The notes under the pieces are model-generated. The model worked only from the letters and a program-made list of their open reading frames with translations. It searched no databases and was not told the origin of the DNA. A DNA stretch of 64,000 bases, from the NCBI GenBank assembly GCA_905178155.1, contig CAJINV010000005.1, positions 166,254 through 230,253 on the forward strand, given 5' to 3'. The position numbers were made by a program, and so were the translations under genes. Source of the stretch: Amoebophrya sp. A120 (Eukaryota > Protista > Dinoflagellata). Below, in pieces: positions 19,776-31,949 of this stretch (positions are counted from its first letter, which is position 1; every line of letters begins with the position of its first letter).

Positions 19776-21821
19776 TCATGTATCGTGTCGCAAAATCAGG
19801 TTGTGTACACCTATCGTCGGGGGCGCCATTGGGTGGACGACCTGGTGTTGGCCTGACGCCGAAGACGTGGGCGGCCGATCTGCCATTGAAATTATGTTTC
19901 CTTGACCTATTATCGGAGGCGCGTCATCTGGGCGCTCCTGGTTGTTTGGTGGTGGGTCGTCGCTTGGTGAGTTAGTACCTGCAGGCGGTCGACCTATCAA
20001 CGGTGTATCGCCTGCCGGAGTGATGGTAGTGGTATTACCACTACCATCAGCTGGAACCGGGGCTGGTTCAGTACCTAAGGTAATGACCCAGCCCGATGGT
20101 GGTCCCAAGGTGAATGTACCGGGAAGACACCCCTGGCATGGTGGTCTGTTTTCCAGACTGTTCTCCTGGCTGGTGGTAGTATTAATGTCCCGCCTGCGCT
20201 CAGTAGGCTGCTGAGTAGGTGCCAAAGGAACTCCAGCACTGGGCTGCCGCATAGGCGCAGCGGGGCCAGTAGGCTCCTGAGTAGATCGCGCCACTGGAAC
20301 TACAGTAGGCTGCTGCGCAGGCGCAGCGGGGCCAGTAGGCTGAGTAGGTCGCACCAAAGGAACCACAGTAGGCTGCTGCGTAGGCGCAGCGGGGCCAGTA
20401 GCCTCCTGAGTAGGTCGCGCCACAGGAACTACAGTAGGCAGCTGCGCAGGCGCAGCGGGGCCAGTAGCCTGCTGAGTAGGATGTGCCACAGGAACTACAT
20501 TAGGCTGGTGCTGCGTAGGCGTTGCGGGGCCAGTAGGCTGAGTAGGTGGTCGTACCAAAGGAACTACGGTCGGCTGCTGCGTAGGCGCAGCGGGCCACGG
20601 GGGTTGCTCGGCAGGCGCAGCGGAAACCGCAGGTTGAGGGAGATCTGCAGGAGCGACAGGTTCTTGATGAGCAGTGGCAGTCGTAGAAGGAGGAGAGTCC
20701 TGTATCAAAGCTGCAGGATCTGGAACAGCTACAGGCTGAGGACGTGCCACTGGTGTTACATTCGGAGTAGATTTTCCCTGTGGCCGCTGTGGAATGATTT
20801 GCGGCGACGGACTCGCAACTGCGGCCGGCGGAGGTCGGTGCACCAGTCCTGCGGGTTTCGGCAACAAGACGTCGTCGACGCAGCAATTTTCCCACACGAG
20901 CCGTTCCGCCAGCCTGTGCGTCAACGGCAAAAAGGCGGCGAGCTCCAAATAAACGCGGTCCGCATCCGTCCGGTCGGCCTTTCCGACGCGCGCACACCGG
21001 CTGCTGTTGTTGTTTCCGTGGAGAGGAACGTCCTCCGATTTGAGTGTGACCGCCCGGTACAACGCCCGGCAGGGGATGGCAAGGCTTTCGCAGGTTTTCT
21101 CCGCGGAGTAGAACTCAGCGAGAGACGTCGACTCCAGGCACTCCTTCAGCTTTTCAGAGCCCTCGAACGGATTAGATTCGTCTAACAGGTCGGCTAAGAA
21201 ATTCCCCACCTCCCGCTCCGGGTCGTTCTGCGCGCGAGAGTCAAAATGCAGAAACGAATCCGGCCCTCGCGGCCGTTGCAGGCCTTCGGTCTTGGACCGG
21301 TGCACCACACTGGGCGGGTCCGGGAGCTGCCGACCGAGCTGCCAGGCGAGCAAAATACCCGCCGAAACCACTGCGACGGACAACAGACTCATCCACGCAA
21401 CATGAAAGGCCGTGGTGCGCCAGAGGTGCTTCCAAAACGTCTTGCGAAACTTCTGCGCCACCCGCTTCTTCGCCTCCCGGAGCCTCTGCCAAGCCAGGTA
21501 CTGCCGCCGCTCGACCTCCGCCAGCTGCTGCCACGCGGATTTGTTCTTGCTTTTCCTCGGTGTCTTCGCTGTTTCCTTAGGTTTCGCTCCCTCATCGTGT
21601 CCTTTGCTTTTCAACGAAGCGGGCGAACCTGCATCGCCACACGAGTCGTGTTCATCCTGGCCAGCAGTTGTCCTGATTTCCCCGGACGTCTGCCTCCGCC
21701 CCGAGGCGGCAGCCGGCGGCGCGGCCATCCCTGCGGAAGGACGCCGGGCTGCGGGGCTTTTCCAATCCGCGGCGGGCGGAACATCTCCGGCAGCATACCC
21801 CGCCATTCTTCGCGATGTCAT
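19776..21821 (-). CDS. Single-pass membrane protein with a Cys-containing domain and a Pro/Thr/Gln-rich repeat tail
   Basis: 681-aa ORF; TM-like segment AWMSLLSVAVVSAGILLAW after a basic stretch; repeats of QQPTVVPVARPTQxxTGPAAP. Confidence 0.7.
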   Translation of the reverse strand: MTSRRMAGYAAGDVPPAADWKSPAARRPSAGMAAPPAAASGRRQTSGEIRTTAGQDEHDSCGDAGSPASLKSKGHDEGAKPKETAKTPRKSKNKSAWQQLAEVERRQYLAWQRLREAKKRVAQKFRKTFWKHLWRTTAFHVAWMSLLSVAVVSAGILLAWQLGRQLPDPPSVVHRSKTEGLQRPRGPDSFLHFDSRAQNDPEREVGNFLADLLDESNPFEGSEKLKECLESTSLAEFYSAEKTCESLAIPCRALYRAVTLKSEDVPLHGNNNSSRCARVGKADRTDADRVYLELAAFLPLTHRLAERLVWENCCVDDVLLPKPAGLVHRPPPAAVASPSPQIIPQRPQGKSTPNVTPVARPQPVAVPDPAALIQDSPPSTTATAHQEPVAPADLPQPAVSAAPAEQPPWPAAPTQQPTVVPLVRPPTQPTGPATPTQHQPNVVPVAHPTQQATGPAAPAQLPTVVPVARPTQEATGPAAPTQQPTVVPLVRPTQPTGPAAPAQQPTVVPVARSTQEPTGPAAPMRQPSAGVPLAPTQQPTERRRDINTTTSQENSLENRPPCQGCLPGTFTLGPPSGWVITLGTEPAPVPADGSGNTTTITPAGDTPLIGRPPAGTNSPSDDPPPNNQERPDDAPPIIGQGNIISMADRPPTSSASGQHQVVHPMAPPTIGVHNLILRHDT
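20200..20600 (-). repeat. Coding minisatellite, ~57-63 bp unit, about 6-7 copies
   Basis: The plus strand repeats cagtaggctgctgcgyaggcgcagcggggccagtag...gagtagg. Confidence 0.85.
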
Positions 21822-23359
21822 GCCCTGTTGAGGCGATCCCGACGCGCTAGCACTAGCATCATAGAGGCAACTTCCAGCAGTTCCATTTTATTTCTATTTG
21901 GGGAAGCAATGAGTATTACTTTTTGAAGATCGGTCCGGGGAAGGCCTTGGCTGAAGTGTGGCGCTCTATATTCAGGAACAAAAAAAAACTAGTCTAAAGA
22001 ACAGTTCTTTTTTACAAATGACTACACAAAAATGGCAAAAAATCGCTGGCATTGGCGCAGGAAAATCAGAATGTAATCCTGAGAACTCCGCTCTTTTTGA
22101 TCTGGAACTAGGTGGACTGTTCGAGACTCCTACTTGCCTCTTTCGAATCGTGGCGAAGACCCTTTTGCTGAACTTTCGACACTGAGCTTTTTGCTTTGAT
22201 CGAAAATCTCGGAGGGAAGCACACTATAGAACTCGGGCTTGTATGCCAGGAGATACTTATCTCCAAGGAACATACAACATTAGCGCATGTGACGCTAAGA
22301 ATTTCTTTTCTGGTAGATGAACGTGAAAAAATTGTGTAGGATCGCATCAAGAACAAGAATCAATGTGTAAGTAATTCCATGCGGATGAGCAAGTTCCATC
22401 ACAACCCGGTAGGGTACGCAGCCGGCAGGACAAATATCCTTTTATCCAAGCCTGCTACAAAACGGCTGTCATGTTTTTCTGGGTTACGTGTGGCCTATGT
22501 TGCGTTTGCGTTTTATGTTGATGCAAGTTAAGCGGGTCAGTGTCTCCTTCACACGAGGAATGTAGCGAGACACAGAGCAGCCTTCCTACACCCTGAAACA
22601 CGTTTCATGCGATCGATACGCGCAAAGTACATTTGAAAAAGTCACGTTGAAAGGGCAAGGCTCGAGCTCCCTGATATTACGGTGTCGAAAAGATTAAAAG
22701 CTGAGAGTGATTCACAGACCGATCGGAAAGTTATTCACAGAATGCCACTCGTCTTGAATCGGAAAAACGAGTCTGGGAGAAACAACAAGAACGTCGTAAA
22801 AAATCGTTGAATAGCACAAACCATACTGCGAAAAGAAAATTTAGGAAGACTCGCGTACAGTGTTGCTTTGGACTCAGCTCAAATTGTTGTCAACTCCAGC
22901 TAGTACCAGCAGCACATACATGAGAGGAAAATGGAAATTCAAATTCGCAATGGTGCTCGAAAATGCGGATGCAGGTAGAAAGATCCCGAAAATTGTCGCT
23001 CGCTGAAAATTATTGAAATTCTACTGAACAAAAATTGAATGTTGGTTGCTGTAGTGCCACTTGTGCCCATGATCGAAATTACTAGTCGAAACTCGGAAAC
23101 GCGAACTTGGACTTGATTACTCATTTGCCAGCCTGCTGGGTTGTTTTGGCGCTAAATCTGGAAACGCGAAACGGTACGACAGCAGCAAAATTATGAATCA
23201 ACACATCATGCATGAAGAGAACGATGAATATTTCGCATCAACCTCTCCATCAAGAAAAATAAGATGAAGAGAGTCGACTTGAAAATTTGAAACGGAAACA
23301 GGAAATAAAATCAAGCCTTGTTATAAATACTAAAACCATCCCGCACTCCGAGCGCTCCT

Positions 23360-24890
23360 TTAAATGGTCGGCTTTCCCGAGCACACTTCGCAGCAGACGT
23401 TGCTGATTTTGCGCAGCATCGTTGCCAGCGTGTCCTCCTTGTTGCCACCCGCGGCGAAGGGGCAGCCGAGCTCGGTCAACTTTTTGTACTGCTCACCGAA
23501 GTCCTTCTTCAGGAGCACGTCGTCGGCCGCGTACATGTCGATGTACTTCTTGAACTCCGGGTCCCACACGAGCGCCATGTCGGTAAACAGCATCATCTTC
23601 TTGTTGAACTTGTCAACGTACTGCTTCTGTCCCGTCTTCGTCTTCTTGTCGAAGAACGGGCACACGCCCGTCACCTTGTCGCTGGAGTTGATCGGCGTCT
23701 TGCCGTCGACTATGCGCCACATGTTCTGCTCCTGCAAAAGCATGCAGTACCTGGAGAGAAGCGATTTTCACGTAGATGTGCTGTGTCCTTTAGTTTTCCT
23801 TTCCTTTCCTGCACCCTCTTGGAGGATGAATACCATTTTAAGTGCAACAGTCCAGAGCAGTTTTATTGGAAGTTCCACGCAATGTTTCAAGGAAATCCGT
23901 AGTACTAACATTTTTGCATCAAAAATTCACATCATGGATAATTGATGTACTCTCGCCCACCCCACTTGACTGGATTGCTGATCCACTTTCCGGCGTAGCC
24001 AGATCGGTCGGGGTGGCACCGCCCGTACGCGTGGCCCCCAATAATCAGGCACGTCATCTCGCGGTCCGTAAATCCCATGCGGCCGAAGATCTGTAGTAGT
24101 TTCGCAGTAGTAATTACTAGAGCATGCTTGCATACGATTGAACTTCCATCCTCTGCAACATGCATGCACTATGACAGACATGCGTGGCATTTCATCGAAC
24201 AAGATGGGAAAAAATCATGACGACCTTTCTGATGTGCGCGATGCAGGCGGTCTGTTCCTCGGCGAAATTTGACTTCAAGTCCTCGCCCAGCTTTCCCTGT
24301 TCCGCGTCCGGCAGGTTGCCGTCTGGCGGCAGCTTCTCGACCTCGGCCGGCAACGCGTCCACGCGGCCGGGGACGAAGGGAATCACGGGCCCGTTGCTGG
24401 ATTCCAGGTACACGTAACTCGCCAGGATCCACAGGTCCGAGGCAGAAACCCAGGGGTGCTTTGCATCGCGGAAGTCGCCAAGCACCTTCCGGGGGATGCC
24501 CAAGCCCGCATTGGCGCCGAAGCTCGCTTCCGGCTCGAAGCGCATAGTCGCGCCTGTGATAAATGTAATTGCAAAGCTGCTAGCTAGTAAGTTGTACCTG
24601 CAATGATCTTACTTCTCAAAACTACAGCAGGAGAAAATTGTTCTCACTTTTATAATATCTTTTCACGATAATGACCAACAAGTTTCTATGAGAAACAACT
24701 CAGTACCATTCGATCCTCCCTTCTTGGTGACCGGGTCGTAGGTTCCGCTAGAGTGCCAGGCCAAACGGATGAAAACCGGGCCGTAATTGCCATCGTCGTA
24801 GCTTGGGTTGCTGGTCAGAAGCACCTTCAGGTCGTCCGCCAGTTTGTGGTAGCGGGTATCCGCAATGTTGGCCACGCAGCCCAGCGGCAT
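23360..24890 (-). CDS. Class I heme peroxidase (cytochrome c / ascorbate peroxidase family), 4 exons
   Basis: Motifs [53 protein letters not shown] and [13 protein letters not shown]. Three GT-AG introns, the first at 24554..24706. Confidence 0.93.
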
Positions 24891-25679
24891 CTTTTTGAGC
24901 GGTGTGTTGAAAACTAGGTACGTACGTTCCACTTCTTAGATCGCTGCGCAATGCGATATCACGTAGAAAGTTTCTTTTAACTTTTGCGAAGAAAAGAGTT
25001 GTGCCGAATTAGAACTCTGGTAAGGGTTTTTGAGATTGAGGTGAGATTGAATTCATACCCTCACGCTCTGAAGCCTGTCGACGTTTTTTGAACCTCACAG
25101 TGTCATCCTGAAGGGAGATGAAGTGCAGGGGTTGTACTGTAAATGTACTTTCAGATTCAGGTGCCCCAGAACTCAGACTCGCACTAATCCACTGAAACCC
25201 TCTCATCTCTCTCATCCCTTCAGCCCACACAGATACAAAAACTGCTTGTACCGATAATGTATCTACAACCAAACGTGCTTTGGCTCTGCTCATACCTCAC
25301 AACTCAACTCTGTTTCTAATATTATGTTCGCACCTCTGTGCCCCGGAACTTCTGAACATAGCTCAGAATCTCGATAGCATTCTCTAATTCTGACCCGACG
25401 CGTAAAAAGTGCACACTCCAGCGGACCACTCTTGTGACGCCCCCTGGTGGTCACGACTATATTTATTGCAATGCAAACAAGTGCGTAGTTCACCTCGTTA
25501 ATGTGAAAAATGTCAAGTCAGGGTACTATCAGTCTCGCCCGTCGACCTCCAATCGGAGAAGCGATTTCAAAGGGTTCGTCCAGTAGCCGACGCACTTACT
25601 TTCATATCACGGGGTGAAGCTCAAGCTATTGTGGTCGTGTTACGGATTAAACAGAAGACGATTAGCTTTACAACGATCT

Positions 25680-28600
25680 TCAGTACAGCACGGCAAGCAC
25701 GTCGAACGCGTGCCACGGGACCTCCGGCACCTCAGCGAAGAAGGACAACTCCGTCCCCGTTTTTGTGGTCGACTGAATGTGGTACCCCGCGTCAAACAGA
25801 ACCCCGACGATTTCCTGCAGGCACGTGACCACGTCGTCGTACGTTCGACGAGGAGGACCCGGGAGTCGTTTATTTTCTCCTTGTCGTAGCTGTTCCGGCA
25901 CCGGCTTAAGAGGACTCCGGCGACCATCGTCTTCAAGTGCCCCTGCTACTCCATCCTTGCTGCGCATCAAATGTTGAGAGGGGGATGTTTTCGAAGATTT
26001 TTTATTCCGGGATAAATTGTTTCTCCTGTACCGCCTCAAGAACCGCTGGAAGGTGCAATATTTCGTCACGTTGATGTGAATGATGTGAAACAATTGTTGC
26101 TGTAGAATTCGGATCATGCCCTGACTCAGGATTTCGTCCTCGTTGCCGCTGACTTTGATCCGCAGCGCAAACTTCTCCCTGCTTCGGAAATCTCCGCGCC
26201 CGGTGTTGTAGCCCTCCGGGTCTGGGATGCGCGCGCGGAGCGCGGAGCCCGGTTTGGATGATGAGGTAGAGGGGGCGCCGTTCTGTTGTGCAGATGAACT
26301 GTTGTCCTTGTCAGCCGGTCTAGCGAAGAGTTGCTTCACCTCAGAAACGTCTAAAAGCAGCTCATCCAAAGTGATCGCGGGTATACACTCGTTTTCCTTG
26401 TTGATGTCCTCCAGCTCCTGTTCTTCTTGTTTTATTCTTGTTCGCTGGCTATAATCCCTTCCTTCCTCTCCGCAAGCGGCCAGCACGGCGCCTCGATACG
26501 CGTTGGGAATCTGGCTATGGAGAACGGCAAGCGGGTTGGTGGCACTGCGAAGCAGATTCTGTGACGGATCGAGGATCTTTCTCGGTACTACAACGTTCGT
26601 ATTTTTCCCTTCCGCAGCGCTCGCGGCGGTGGTCCCCGACCTACCGGTGACGTACGCGTGCTTGGTGCGAACCTGCAGCCTCGACTTCCTTTTGCTCCTC
26701 ACAAAGCCCTCGATCACGCTGTGCAACGTCTTCTCACCCGCTTGCAACGCCGGCAAGTTTCCGTCGATCTGCAGCACGGCCCGGTGCACGAGTTGTGTGG
26801 CCGCGAGCGCAATGCCACAGTCGCCGAGGTACCCGCCGACCTCCACGAAGACCGCGACCCCGTTCTTCCGCTCGACCTCGTCCAGGAGTTCCTGGGGACA
26901 CTGGATCGCCCGGTGCTGGCGGACGCTGTCGGAAAGCACGTCGCGAACTTGCGGCAGAAAAACCTGCTCGATCCGGCGGTCGGAAAGCATCATCGCCTCG
27001 GACATCCCGCTCAACGTCGAGGTGGTGGACACCGGGCTACTCGCGGGAAGCACTTTAACGGCCCCCGGTGAAGTTGTCGCGCCGTCCCCGGCACTGACGG
27101 CTTTCCGTGGCCGATTGCGGGGCAGGAGCCAGTTGGACTTCGAGGAGATATCGTTGATCGCCACCTCGGAGACCTCGGTGGGGAGGGACTGGGTGTCGAG
27201 AAAGGAGAAGATGTTTGAGGTAGGTAGTGTTTTTACAGATACCTTCGCGAGATGATCATTTTGAACTGGTTTCGTAAACATGCTCGTGAAGCTATGGTCA
27301 ATTATGGAAGTAGAATAGCTCGACGTTCTGTTCGTAGTTGCAACAACTTGCGGCACAGCTACTTCACGACTTGTTCCGGACAAAAAAAGCTCCTCCACCA
27401 GCTGCATCGTGGAAGCGGTTTTCCCGTCGCTGTAGTCCACCGGCGCGACCCCCGGTGTAGATGTTGAAGCAGGTGAACCCTTGCTCGGCACAGTAGTACT
27501 TCGAATAGTCTTCTGCAGCAACAGGTCTTCGCACGATGTGAAGCCTCTGGAAGTTGAACCAGACCCTGACTCATTCAAGTCTTTCCGCCCCCTCGCGTTG
27601 CTCCACCTAGTACGCAACAAGCGACTAATCTCCAGCCGCCTTCCTGCCGCCACCGCGTCGACCTCATTTAGCGCCCGGGCAAACACGTCGTCGTGGAGTC
27701 GGCGCAGACGGGACGGGCCGGACGAGAGGGAGTGGGCAACCAGGTTGTGCGCGAAATTTGTCTCTTCATCCTCCTCATTGCTGTCGTCATCATTTGTTTC
27801 AGGGTTGGATTTGCTTATTGACGAAGTGAGAAGAGGAGCGTCACTAGTCGGAGTTGTTCCACCAGAAGTAGCTTCTTGTGCTCCTGCTGTGGATAGCGTT
27901 GCAGTAGCCACTACATCCTGTTGCGATCCTGATCCCGCCGTTATACCAAGGCGCGCATTGTTATCAGCTCCTAACAGGCACTCGTAGTACCGATCCCGTT
28001 GATGAACCTTCGAAGCGTACTGCAGAATCGCGAAGGCCAACCGGACCGGGGCGGGGTAGGATTCTTGCGAGGAGCGAGAGGATGATTTTGCCGCACTAGC
28101 ACCCGCAACCAAACTACTCCGCACTGCGTTCTTAACTCCGGTCAGAGTCATGCCGAGCTGGGTGTTGAAATCGACTGCATGATTGTGCAGACTGCGAAAC
28201 TTCACGTACCAGTGCCGGAGCTCCTTACTCAGGATCAACGGTGCCGACTGTTGCTCCAGCTCTTTTTGCAGAGAGGACACCGAGTCACGCAACACGAGCA
28301 AAAAGTACTGCGGCATCAACAGCATCAGCAGCTCCATGAGCCTGGCGAGAAGGGTCCAACAAGGGAGTTGATCAACACCAGAGCTCTCCTTGGTACCTTG
28401 TTTTTCTACAGCGGAAGTCGCGGACACTAAATTTGAAGCAGCTTCCCTCCGCACCCTGGCTGCCTCTTCGGTGATGTAAAAAACGTCCTCCGGTAGGATT
28501 TTCAGCTGTCCCACGGTGGCCTGCTGCGTGAACGCGAAAATCTGGCTGACCACTTCCTTCGGGAGGGGACTCGTTTCATCTACTGGTGAAGCAGATGAAG

Positions 28601-29168
28601 TTGTTGCACCTCTGGGCGGTGAAGTAGAACTGCCGTCCTGCAACTCCTCTTCGCCGTGTTGCCCGATCGCAGTTTCTTGTAGTTCCATGCCGGTGTCGTC
28701 ATCGTCAAGCATGACGTTCTCGCCGCTTATATCGACCTCCGCAGCCAGCAACTCGTCCCACTCAGCGTGAATAGCTGCTTCTTGTTCTACTTCTTCTTCT
28801 CCTGTCATGGTATTTGCAGATGTTGTGGTTTCGTTCACCTTGATGGTTCCCGCACCTGTAGACATAACTGCAGTCTGCTCTTGTTGCACGAGCACGGCGT
28901 CCAGCATGATCTCGTGCTCCATAACCAGCTGATCGAACCTGTCGTCGGACACGTGCGCCCAGAGTGGCCGCTCCAACAAAAATTCGACATACTCGCCGCA
29001 CGTCGGAAGGCCGAAGGCGGACCGGAGGTTGCCGTCGGAGCAGGAAAATATAACCAATTTGAAACAGGCTAGAAGCAGCACTGAAGGTTGTGGCCGCTCT
29101 CTGCGTCCTCGTCGATGCGAGCAATATCTTGCCATGGCTGCATGAACTTCCGGACGGTAGTATGCCAA
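25680..29168 (-). CDS. Large intronless protein with a C-terminal FkbM-like SAM methyltransferase domain
   Basis: 1162-aa ORF with VFVEVGGYLGDC, AITLDELL and LRIKVSGNE, which resemble FkbM motifs. Hydrophobic N-terminal segment. Start codon uncertain. Confidence 0.6.
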   Translation of the reverse strand: MAYYRPEVHAAMARYCSHRRGRRERPQPSVLLLACFKLVIFSCSDGNLRSAFGLPTCGEYVEFLLERPLWAHVSDDRFDQLVMEHEIMLDAVLVQQEQTAVMSTGAGTIKVNETTTSANTMTGEEEVEQEAAIHAEWDELLAAEVDISGENVMLDDDDTGMELQETAIGQHGEEELQDGSSTSPPRGATTSSASPVDETSPLPKEVVSQIFAFTQQATVGQLKILPEDVFYITEEAARVRREAASNLVSATSAVEKQGTKESSGVDQLPCWTLLARLMELLMLLMPQYFLLVLRDSVSSLQKELEQQSAPLILSKELRHWYVKFRSLHNHAVDFNTQLGMTLTGVKNAVRSSLVAGASAAKSSSRSSQESYPAPVRLAFAILQYASKVHQRDRYYECLLGADNNARLGITAGSGSQQDVVATATLSTAGAQEATSGGTTPTSDAPLLTSSISKSNPETNDDDSNEEDEETNFAHNLVAHSLSSGPSRLRRLHDDVFARALNEVDAVAAGRRLEISRLLRTRWSNARGRKDLNESGSGSTSRGFTSCEDLLLQKTIRSTTVPSKGSPASTSTPGVAPVDYSDGKTASTMQLVEELFLSGTSREVAVPQVVATTNRTSSYSTSIIDHSFTSMFTKPVQNDHLAKVSVKTLPTSNIFSFLDTQSLPTEVSEVAINDISSKSNWLLPRNRPRKAVSAGDGATTSPGAVKVLPASSPVSTTSTLSGMSEAMMLSDRRIEQVFLPQVRDVLSDSVRQHRAIQCPQELLDEVERKNGVAVFVEVGGYLGDCGIALAATQLVHRAVLQIDGNLPALQAGEKTLHSVIEGFVRSKRKSRLQVRTKHAYVTGRSGTTAASAAEGKNTNVVVPRKILDPSQNLLRSATNPLAVLHSQIPNAYRGAVLAACGEEGRDYSQRTRIKQEEQELEDINKENECIPAITLDELLLDVSEVKQLFARPADKDNSSSAQQNGAPSTSSSKPGSALRARIPDPEGYNTGRGDFRSREKFALRIKVSGNEDEILSQGMIRILQQQLFHIIHINVTKYCTFQRFLRRYRRNNLSRNKKSSKTSPSQHLMRSKDGVAGALEDDGRRSPLKPVPEQLRQGENKRLPGPPRRTYDDVVTCLQEIVGVLFDAGYHIQSTTKTGTELSFFAEVPEVPWHAFDVLAVLY

Positions 29169-29708
29169 GGACTTACATCATTTTCATTTTTCCCGACTTT
29201 TATTTTTTTAGCAGACAAAACTGTAGGCTGCACCACAAGTTCGTTACGGAGGACAAGTGAGGACTCATTACACCGACGACCAGGACGAACACGACAGGTT
29301 CTCAAACCAGCAACCAGGGCCTTTTAAAGGACTTCTTGCTCATCAAGATCAAAAGAAAATTTTGTAGGGTAACATTCAAACTTTTGCACATCAAGTGCAA
29401 GTGTTAATATTCTTGTACGTACTTCTATCAGTCGCCGACAAAAATCGACAACTTTTTTGCTTGCGGGATTGATAATTTGAAAAACAACCTTACAAACGAG
29501 CAAAGGGGTAATTTGCCTAGAAACTTAGTGCAAACTGAAAAATATCATCACGGGTAGTGATGTGAAAATCGCAAGGGGTAAAAAGTGGAAAATTATGCTG
29601 AGGTCATCTACGGATGTGGATCTTCTCAGGGCTAAGTACACTTTCTTGTGCTTAGGGTAAAATTGCATAATTCGACCTTCAAAAAAATCCTCTTCCTCAC
29701 CCCGTTGT

Positions 29709-31949
29709 CTACTCCGTCGCGAACTGCACTCGCCCGCCGTCCTCCACCAGAAATTCGCCGACACGGACGACCTTTTGGTCCAGCGCGGCCGGGCGCATGG
29801 GTTTCAGGAAGTGCTTGTCGCACACCGTGATGCCCTGGTGTTCCCACAATCGGTCGTTTTCGATGCGGAGTTTGTTCACCTTGTCCTCCAATTCCGTGAT
29901 CTTGTTGATGCGGGCCGCAAAGACTAAATTCAGGTCGTGCAGCTGCTTTTCCGTCTCCTCCAGTTGGTCGCAGGTCTGGTTCAACCGGAACTGGAAGTCT
30001 TCCTTCTGCTTCTCCGCCTCGAGCGCCTTCTGTCGCAGCTCCTCGGACAGCACCCGCTCGTCCGCGAGCTCCTGCACGGTCTGCGCGTGGTTTTCCTCCA
30101 GCGCGAGGTGGTTCTGCTCCAGCAGCGCGTGTTCTTCCCGCAAGTTCGCAAACTTCTCCATCTCGGTGGCGTGCACGTCTTGCAGGTCTGTGTGCGAGGT
30201 TGATGTGGTTTTTTTGGTGATAGGGTTTTGATTTTGTCCTTGCGTTTGACGGTGGAAAAATCAGCGCACCAGAGCATCGGGTACTACTACTAGAAGACCA
30301 TTCTTATAGCGTGTTTGACGACTTCATGCTTGCAGCAGAGAAAGACAATTATACAATTTTTCAGTTGTGGATGAATGTCCATGACAAGCCAAAAGCAAAA
30401 TAGCATGAATAGAATTACCTGCGTGATCCTTCTGCAGTTGTTCGTGGTCGTTTTCCAATCGCCAGATTCGGTTGTCTTCCCTCAATTCCGGCAAATGGTC
30501 CCGCCACACCTGGACAATCAACCGCGGCATTTCCATCGGGTCGTCGTTCACCAGCCACCCCTTCAACACGTTCCGCAACAGCGACGATTTCGCTTGCTGC
30601 AGCTTCTCGACCGTTTTCGCGAGCAGGTTCTGGCTGTTCGCGAGTTCCTCCTGCGTCTGGTGCAAATCGATGGTCAATTGGTCCCGCTCCGCGGTCAACT
30701 CGCTCTTCTGTTCTTCCAAAACCGCCACGTAGTCGCAGCTGTTCTGGTAGTCGACTTGCAGCTGCGCGTGCACCGGCTTTAACTGTTCGTATTGCTCTAA
30801 TTGCGGCTCCACTTCGGAGCTGTACTGCAGGAATCTCTTCCTTTCCGACGCTAGACCGGACTCCAGCTCCGAAATTTTGGTTTTCATCCCGTCCACCAAT
30901 TTGATCTCTTCGTCTAATTTCTCCAGCGTTTTCCGGAAGTGGCGGCAGCTGTGCTCCATCGCCTTGTACTTGACCTCCATCAATTCATTCTGCTTCCGCT
31001 GCTCCAGAATCTTGTCCGCCTGTTTGTTGTTGATCTGCAGCAGCTTTGTCATCTGCTCGTTCAATTCTTCGTTTTTCGACTCGTACCCGGTCAAAATGTC
31101 CTCGCTGTGCTTCAAGTACGCGCACACCGCGCAGGTGGCCTTCCGCCCGACGAAGGCTTTCAGCGACTTCTCGAAGTGGTCTTTCTTCATCGTCATCTCC
31201 TGCAAGTCCTGCTGCAGCTGCTGGTTCGTGGCGTACAGTAATTCCTTGCGCTGCAGCCGGTCCTCGGCGACCACCTCTAATTGCTGGTATTGTTCGAGCA
31301 TCTCCTTCACGACGGTCTCCCACTTCTCCTCTTTCTCCGCGATCTCCGACAGTAATCGGGCCTCTTTCATGGACGCCTGGCGCTGCAGCCGCTGCAGCTC
31401 GTGGTAGCTGTTGGTGAGCTTTTTCGACTCGGTTTCCAGCTGTTTCAAAATGTCCTCCCCGCCCAACTGCTCGATGCGGGTCAGGGCCTGCATCTTCTTG
31501 TCGTTGATCTGCTTCTGCTCGGACGCGACCGAGGCACTGGTGGAAGTCCGTAATTCGTACACCTGTCGCTTCAGAGTGTCCACCATCTCGCTCGTGACCC
31601 GCGGGACCGGCGCGCGGTCCGTCTTCAGCAACGCCATCCAGCGTTCGGGGCTCGCGGACGGCGGCCGCGGCCCGGGGAGCCGCTTCGGGGAGGGGAGGGG
31701 GGTGGAAACAGAAACTTTTTCCAGCTCCGCGTCGGGGGATTCTAGTGCCTGTAGTTCTTCTGTTTGGAGGGGACTGGTGACATCTTGCCCTGCCATATTT
31801 GTCGCTTCCGCGCCGGCACCAGCTTCCCCGGCTTCCTGCTGCTCAAGCAGAGCGGCAGGGTCCTGCTCTGCGGAAGCCGAAAACTGGTGCTCCGGCTCCG
31901 CGCCGTTTTCGGCTGGTGGCATAGCTGAAACGTCTTGCTCAGCGGACAT
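29709..31949 (-). CDS. Long coiled-coil protein, 2 exons
   Basis: E/Q/K/L-rich heptads. A GT-AG intron at ~30189..30419 joins ...QKDHA to DLQDVHATEM.... Confidence 0.75.

Noticed and set aside
19781-19896. tatcgtgtcgcaaaa resembling an introner end
   Set aside because: Spacing is off by one, there is no convincing partner end, and removal does not give a long open frame.
25009-25493. CT-rich stretch with short ORFs, possibly a retroelement relic
   Set aside because: No recognisable protein motif.
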